64,000 bases of DNA from Vicugna vicugna (Eukaryota), in assembly GCA_013265495.1 (NCBI GenBank), contig MU062133.1, positions 23,119,623 to 23,183,622 of the forward strand, in the 5' to 3' direction. Shown piece by piece: positions 59,001 to 64,000 of this stretch. Below the pieces are notes generated by a model. It was not told the DNA's origin. It saw only the letters and a program-made list of their open reading frames with translations, and did not search any database. The first letter of the stretch is position 1. The number at the start of each line of letters is the position of its first letter. The position numbers and the translations under genes were made by a program.

Positions 59001-62000
59001 CAACTGTTATGTGGATAGATTAGCCATTAAGTGCAGTTTTTAGTTTAAAGTAATTTTTGTATAAACATTTTCTAGGAAATGTACCTCATGTTTTTAAACT
59101 TAAATTTTCCTTGAGGTTCTAAAAGCTCAGAGCTCTTTGATTTTACTTTTAAGATTTATCTTAATTAGAGTACTTTTCTTTTGACATTTCATAATCTAGA
59201 GTTGGTTATTTCAGAGTTGGTTATTTCAAATTTAAAAGTTTACTGATAGCAATTTGCAGAATTTTAATCCTTTTTTTTTTTTTTAAGGCTGAATCATGTC
59301 AGGGAGATTTAAGCACATTGGCCAGTGTGGTTACATCATTAGCAAACCTTGGAAAAACTAAAGATCTTTCTCAAAATAGTAATGAAATGTCTATGATTGA
59401 AAGCTTAAGCAATGGTGATTCCTCTTTGTGTGAATTTCATCAAGAAATGCAGACTAATGGTGATGTTTCAAGGTAAGGTCTGACATCATAAGTGTCCTTT
59501 TGCTCAATTGTCCTTTGATATTTCTTAAAATATTTTTATGTTGACTACTGTTTACAGAAGTTTCAGAAAATAAATATTTCTATTGTACTTAGAAAATTTA
59601 AGGCATAAAAAAGTTTTCACTGAAAATGTCCATTCAGTATAAAGTGTTGTCCAACAGATTACATTCTATATAATAAGCAATAAGAGAATATGATAAGATT
59701 AGAAATATAGTTACAAAAGTCAGGAATTTTTTTTTCTGATGAAGATGATAGTTTGGGTCAGATTTTTCAGATATTTTAGTTGCCAGATTTTATCTTCTGT
59801 ATGTTTAGAGTTACACATTTGTCTTACTAGGCAGTCATTTTCATTTTCCCCACCAATTTCTAATGATGAAAACAGATTTTAAAAACTTAGTTGAGTCAAT
59901 TGCAATTTTAAGTTTACACATCAGGAAATTAATATCAGAATTCTATTTTTCATTCTCTTGATATTAATACTTAAGATGTAGAAACCAGATTTCTTCATGC
60001 TTTTTTTTCCCACACTGTTTATCTTCTGAAATATTGAGGAAACTGCATTTAAGAATCTGAATTAGTACTCTGTTGAACATGAGATTTTAAGGCACTCTAG
60101 AAGGGCATCTCATTGAAAAATAATGAACTATTTTGACTAGTTATTTGTTAATATTAATTATTTACTATCCTAATCTCAGTCTTACAGTTTAGATATAGCT
60201 ATGTTACTACAAGTTTTAAAATATTCTCTGAATTTTGAAATAAAATTAAAACCTAACTTTGTGTTGTGTAGAATACAGTAAAGTCCAACATAAGTTCTTG
60301 CTTTTTTTCTTTCTAAATAACTTGTGTATGTAAAGTAAGTGGGCTGATATCTTGTAGTAATAAATATATAACTTGTAAAACCATATTTTCATTCCAAAGT
60401 ATAAGGATTTTTCTCTCCTTAATTATGTAAGTTTTTCTGAAAGACTAATTCTCTGGTAAAATACTTTAACATAATGACACAGTTTTTCATACGATACAAA
60501 TGAAGTTTAATTTGTTGCTTTTAGGGAGAGAGAGTCGTAGACATCACTGAAATAGAGTGCTCAGTGATACACCAAAGTTCTATTTTCTAAACAGTTTTTA
60601 AGGCCTAAATCTTAATTTCAGAATTTCATAAAGAACTTTCATTTTATTTTGGAGATTGGCCGAGCTCACAGCTTCTGATGTTTCCTTATAGGGCATTTGA
60701 CACTCTTGCAAAAGCATTGAATCCTGGAGAGAGCACAGCCTGTCAGAGCTCAGTAGAGGGCATGGAAGGAAACGTACACCTAATTGCTGGAGACTCGAGC
60801 ATAAATTACATCGAAAAAGAGGGGCCACTTCTCAGCGATTCACATGTAGCTTTCAGGGTATTTCCATATATATAATTTCATAATTTTTATGTTGTGTTAC
60901 CATTTTGATTTTCATCTTCCTTTAAAAAATCAAAGTATATTTGTTGTGCTTTTAAAGTCAGAAATATCCCTGATAGAATTCAAAACAACAGCTAAAACAT
61001 ACATCTAAGCTATATAAAATAATGGCTCAATAAAACATGCTGTTTATAAATAAATCACAATTATAATATCAACTAACGTGTTTAAGGCCATAAAACTTAA
61101 CTTTTAGAACATTTAGACATAATTTTTTTCATTTAGACTCTATTAGACATAGTTTTGTTGATGGTGGTGTTTTTAAGTGTTGGCATTCATGATGTGTTGA
61201 ATGCACTGGTTTTGTTTATTGTCTCACTACTACTACTTTAGTGTAAACCACTCACTAAAACCCAGGTACTCTTGCTTTTACCAAGTCACTACAAAGAACT
61301 CCAGTAATTAGGTTTTGTCCCAGTTAGCTAGCTCCCAACATTTTAAGAAGGTAGTAGTTACTTAATAAATTTTAACTTTTGGTGTTTAACTTTTTACCCT
61401 AACCATTTGGAGAAGGTACATTTGTAATTTCTTTTTTGCTCCCCTAAATACATTAATTTATGATGGAAATAATACATGTAGAATACTAGGAACAATACAT
61501 GTAGAATATTAGAAAATACCTTTCTAGCATTTGTCATTCCAATAACATTTGGACCAAGGTATATAGATAGGCTGACCGTTGAGGCCCTACATTAAGACTC
61601 TGCTATTTTGACCTCTCCATTTTGAGAGCTTTGCTCTGTCAGCTCTGAGTACTTACCTGTTAGCAAATCATATACAAGTGATTGAAAGTACTTAGGAGGT
61701 TTCAGTTAGCAATATAACAGTCCTGTCAGCTCCGAGTACTTACCTGTTAGCAAATTATATACAAGTGATTGAAAGTACTTAGGAGGTTTCAGTTAGCAAT
61801 ATAACAATCCTGGAATTCCTGAGGGTAATTCTCATAACTTTATAGATTATAAGTTTCCATGGATTTCTTATGAAAACATACAGTTATCAAATAGATATTT
61901 GTGCTAGGTAGAAATAATGAACAGAAAATAAATGTAACACTGGACAAAACTGCATATGATACAGTTTGTTCTTGTAAAAAAATTTTTTTTAAGTCAAAAG

Positions 62001-63214
62001 AACTTTAATTAGAATTTGACAGAAAGTTTGTCAAAAATACCAAAAAGTTTGACACAGTCTGTTATCAGAAGCATTTTAAGTAAACTAGTTCTCTTAACAG
62101 AGAGGAACCAAATCTAGTACTGTACCAGCCAACTTTTAGTAACAAAATCCATTTACGTAATTAAGTTTAATCTAATCTCAGCGTGACCATGCACAGAGCT
62201 ACGTTTTTTAGGGCTCCCTTTCTACAACTTTTTGTAGAACTTCTGTTCTTATAAAATTTGACTTGATAGAAGTGGCCCAGAGAAAATTCACAGTGACTTA
62301 ATTTAAATAATAATTGCCATAATTTGATACAGACAATAAAACATAGCAGTGAAACCAGTCTTAATGTAAAATTTTACCAAAGATAATTTATATGGGAAAA
62401 AATATAAATATTTTATTTGTACTTTACAAGAAGATTGTTATAGGGGCTATAAGAAAAGGCAGTGGGAATAATCAGTGCAATCCTTTAAAATTATGGTAGG
62501 AGCTGTGGATAAGGGTGGAGCAAAGCAAAACTGGTTTTTCCCATTGTTCTTTCTTACTCTAAGAGACATTCTTATGTTTTCTTAGTTTTATTTTCTGCCT
62601 TTGGATTTAAATAGGAAAGAAGGGTAAAAGATGTAGGAAGAGAACTCATTGCTAGGAAGAGTACAGAGTACTTCTATAAAAAGTGGAAGTAGTTTACCTT
62701 TTTTTTTTTTCTGGAATCAGCTTTTCTCTGTTCCTTAACTTGCCATACTCTGAGTATCCTCAGAATCAGTGCTATAAAGTTGAAAAGGAGACAGCTCCTT
62801 CTTACTCTGATTCTTATTTACAGCCTCTTGAAATTAAGAGTTTTACTTTTCAGTAGCTTCCCAACAGTCATGGTTAGTTCTCCCATTGAGGTTTTATGGT
62901 CATGTGTTTTAAGACCTGACATCTGTAATCAAAAATTCAGTCCTCTCGTAATGGCTGAACTAACTAGCATTTTGTTCCTCTCTTGCATTTTTTGTGTACA
63001 GTGTATTTGATGTGTTTACATTTAACTTTTTTAAATGATAATTTAGATCTGTCAGACCTAAGATAATTTACCACAGTCTCTGTTCACACTAGCTCACCAT
63101 GCCATCTCCTATGCCTGAGTACCTGAACGTGCACTACATTGGGGAGTCTGCCTCCAGACTACTGTTCTTATCAATGCACTGGGCACTTTCAATTCCTTCC
63201 TTCCAGGCTCTTGG
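47004..63214 (+). CDS. NR2C1: NR2C1 (TR2, testicular receptor 2), coding exons 2-10, 418 codons; rest of LBD lies beyond the window
   Basis: join(47004-47057,50121-50351,53437-53515,54713-54892,55948-56095,56195-56285,59288-59472,60692-60857,63093-63214). All GT-AG with consistent phases. [18 protein letters not shown] start, C4 zinc fingers with P-box CEGCKG, LBD start [25 protein letters not shown]. Confidence 0.98.
47439..48239. mobile_element. Charlie1-type hAT DNA transposon derivative
   Basis: CAGAGGTTTTCCAAG...ggtcaaaaccatt...gttatttgccttttcact..cattctctcac...ggctacatgac...CTGAGAACTG. Confidence 0.8.
48193..48212. repeat. (TG)10 microsatellite
   Basis: Read directly. Confidence 0.9.
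48930..49810 (+). mobile_element. L2
   Basis: ctcaggccaaaa...cactccagtggatctcc...gactttgtatggcctacaaag...ctttatgagaacaaaga. Confidence 0.75.
50121..50351 (+). CDS. NR2C1: NR2C1 exon 3 [24 protein letters not shown]...SAQHLQ
   Basis: tgttag|ATTGTT...CAG|gtaaat, 231 nt. Confidence 0.97.
51370..51905 (-). mobile_element. L1MC-type 3' end
   Basis: acagacttgatattttagaacagtttt...gatagtttctcagac..ccttgt..ttgatga..tgacagttttgagg.gtactggtcagg. Confidence 0.8.
52781..52950 (-). mobile_element. Vic-1-type SINE with long T-rich tail
   Basis: TSD cag(a/g)tttttttcttt at 52766-52780 and 52951-52965. Confidence 0.88.
53437..53515 (+). CDS. NR2C1: NR2C1 exon 4 [27 protein letters not shown]
   Basis: ctttag|CTCTTA...TCAG|gtatta, 79 nt. 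Confidence 0.96.
54713..54892 (+). CDS. NR2C1: NR2C1 exon 5 (DNA-binding domain) [18 protein letters not shown]...CIAFGMKQD
   Basis: ctctag|GGCGTC...GACT|gtatgt, 180 nt. Confidence 0.98.
55200..55450 (-). mobile_element. MIR
   Basis: acagagatttagtaacttgcccaagttcacacaactaataagtggcagaacttggatttgaatc. Confidence 0.75.
55948..56095 (+). CDS. NR2C1: NR2C1 exon 6 [15 protein letters not shown]...TDSETAR
   Basis: ttgtag|CTGTTC...GCAAG|gtatag, 148 nt. Confidence 0.96.
56195..56285 (+). CDS. NR2C1: NR2C1 exon 7 [30 protein letters not shown]
   Basis: ttgcag|GTCAGC...AAG|gtgtgt, 91 nt. Confidence 0.96.
57410..58170. mobile_element. Cluster of three MIR fragments
   Basis: ctgccacttactagctg...catctgtaaaatagggataa (57410-57540), reverse MIR (~57690-57850), tatttcacagggttgttgtgagaat (~57955-58170). 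Confidence 0.65.
59288..59472 (+). CDS. NR2C1: NR2C1 exon 8 [23 protein letters not shown]...NGDVSR
   Basis: T-run+aag|GCTGAA...TCAAG|gtaagg, 185 nt. Confidence 0.96.
60692..60857 (+). CDS. NR2C1: NR2C1 exon 9 [20 protein letters not shown]...SDSHVAFR
   Basis: ttatag|GGCATT...AGG|gtattt, 166 nt. Confidence 0.96.
61471..61515. repeat. 23-bp-period tandem duplication aatacatgtagaata(c/t)tag
   Basis: Read directly. Confidence 0.75.
61636..61809. repeat. Recent 87-bp tandem duplication
   Basis: Copies at 61636-61722 and 61723-61809 differ by 3 transitions. Confidence 0.95.
63093..63214 (+). CDS. NR2C1: NR2C1 exon 10 (LBD) [41 protein letters not shown]
   Basis: cactag|CTCACC...TTGG|gtaagt, 122 nt. 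Confidence 0.97.
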
Positions 63215-64000
63215 GTAAGTCCTTCAATATAAATGTGATTTTGTAGCACAAATGTACATTAAGCAAGAACTTTTATTTTGGGAGGATTTGACTAGAGGGA
63301 AAGAGATGGTATCACATTATAACTTTAAGTTTTGTCATTTATATGATAAATCACGGCAGCTAGTATTAACTGTATATTATTTTTATGTGGAAGATTATCA
63401 TATTTCATAATATGACTAATTTAACAAATTATTCAATTTTATTGAGTGAAATAAATGCAATGGAACTGATAAATCATGGCCAGCATTTGTAATAGGCCAG
63501 CTTTGATTGCCTTACAGTTGGGGAGGCTATAGTGATTTCCCTCTACCACCACTGTTTCAGTGTCGTCTCAGGCTTGTTAATAAGGAGCTAAAACTTACAT
63601 ATAGTGAATATGTTTGAAAATCTAAATAATTGTTTTCCAATCGTGTGGTTGCCCTCCCACCCCCAAAAATGTTAACTCCATTGTACCACTATGAAGTTTA
63701 GTCCTACCACTAAAGAGCACATCTGTATTCCGTTTGAAGTAATGATCTACTGTAAGAAACCCAAAATTTATCTAAAATTTGCCAGACTTAATTATATTAC
63801 TTTATAGTAACTGATATGAAGAAGCAAAGAGGCCATGGACAAAGGTAAGCCCATAGTTTGAAAAGTATTATTCTAGTTATAGGACCCTACTCAACAATAT
63901 GATCTCATGAACAGCTCACTTCCGTATCCTGTACATCTGTTTTCCCATTCACCAAATAGGAATAATAGCTGCCCATCCTCTTTTCTTAGAGAATGTTTTA

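Noticed and set aside
1-64000. Most short ORFs in the supplied six-frame track
   Set aside because: They lie in introns or old repeats, lack recognisable homology, and have lengths expected by chance. Only those overlapping real exons or the GTSF1 copy are meaningful.
1-64000. CRISPR array, operon or other prokaryote-like novel system
   Set aside because: No spaced repeat arrays or long ORFs; all coding signal is explained by FGD6, NR2C1 and the GTSF1 retrocopy.

Overview
Mammalian genomic DNA, very likely camelid. This is inferred from five copies of the tRNA-Ala-derived Vic-1-type SINE and no recognisable Bov-A/BovB/PRE1/Alu elements. The window is syntenic with the human FGD6-NR2C1 locus. 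The + strand carries the last 13 coding exons of FGD6 (end of DH, PH1, FYVE, PH2; stop at 30916-30918) and a ~4 kb 3'UTR ending near 34950. A CpG-island promoter follows (~36040-37030), then exons 1-10 of NR2C1 (TR2 orphan nuclear receptor), which continues beyond the window. Introns contain ordinary L1, L2, MIR, MaLR and hAT relics; repeat family names were assigned by eye and their boundaries are approximate. I did not find a convincing new biological system. The best leads are: a disabled GTSF1 retrocopy with target-site duplication, antisense in NR2C1 intron 1; a 99-nt stop-free in-frame NR2C1 intron; an intron read-through giving a 184-aa DBD-only TR2; a composite IR0/DR1/IR7 nuclear-receptor element at the NR2C1 start; and an 89-bp duplication in the FGD6 3'UTR. 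Protein comparisons are from recalled human sequences, not database searches.
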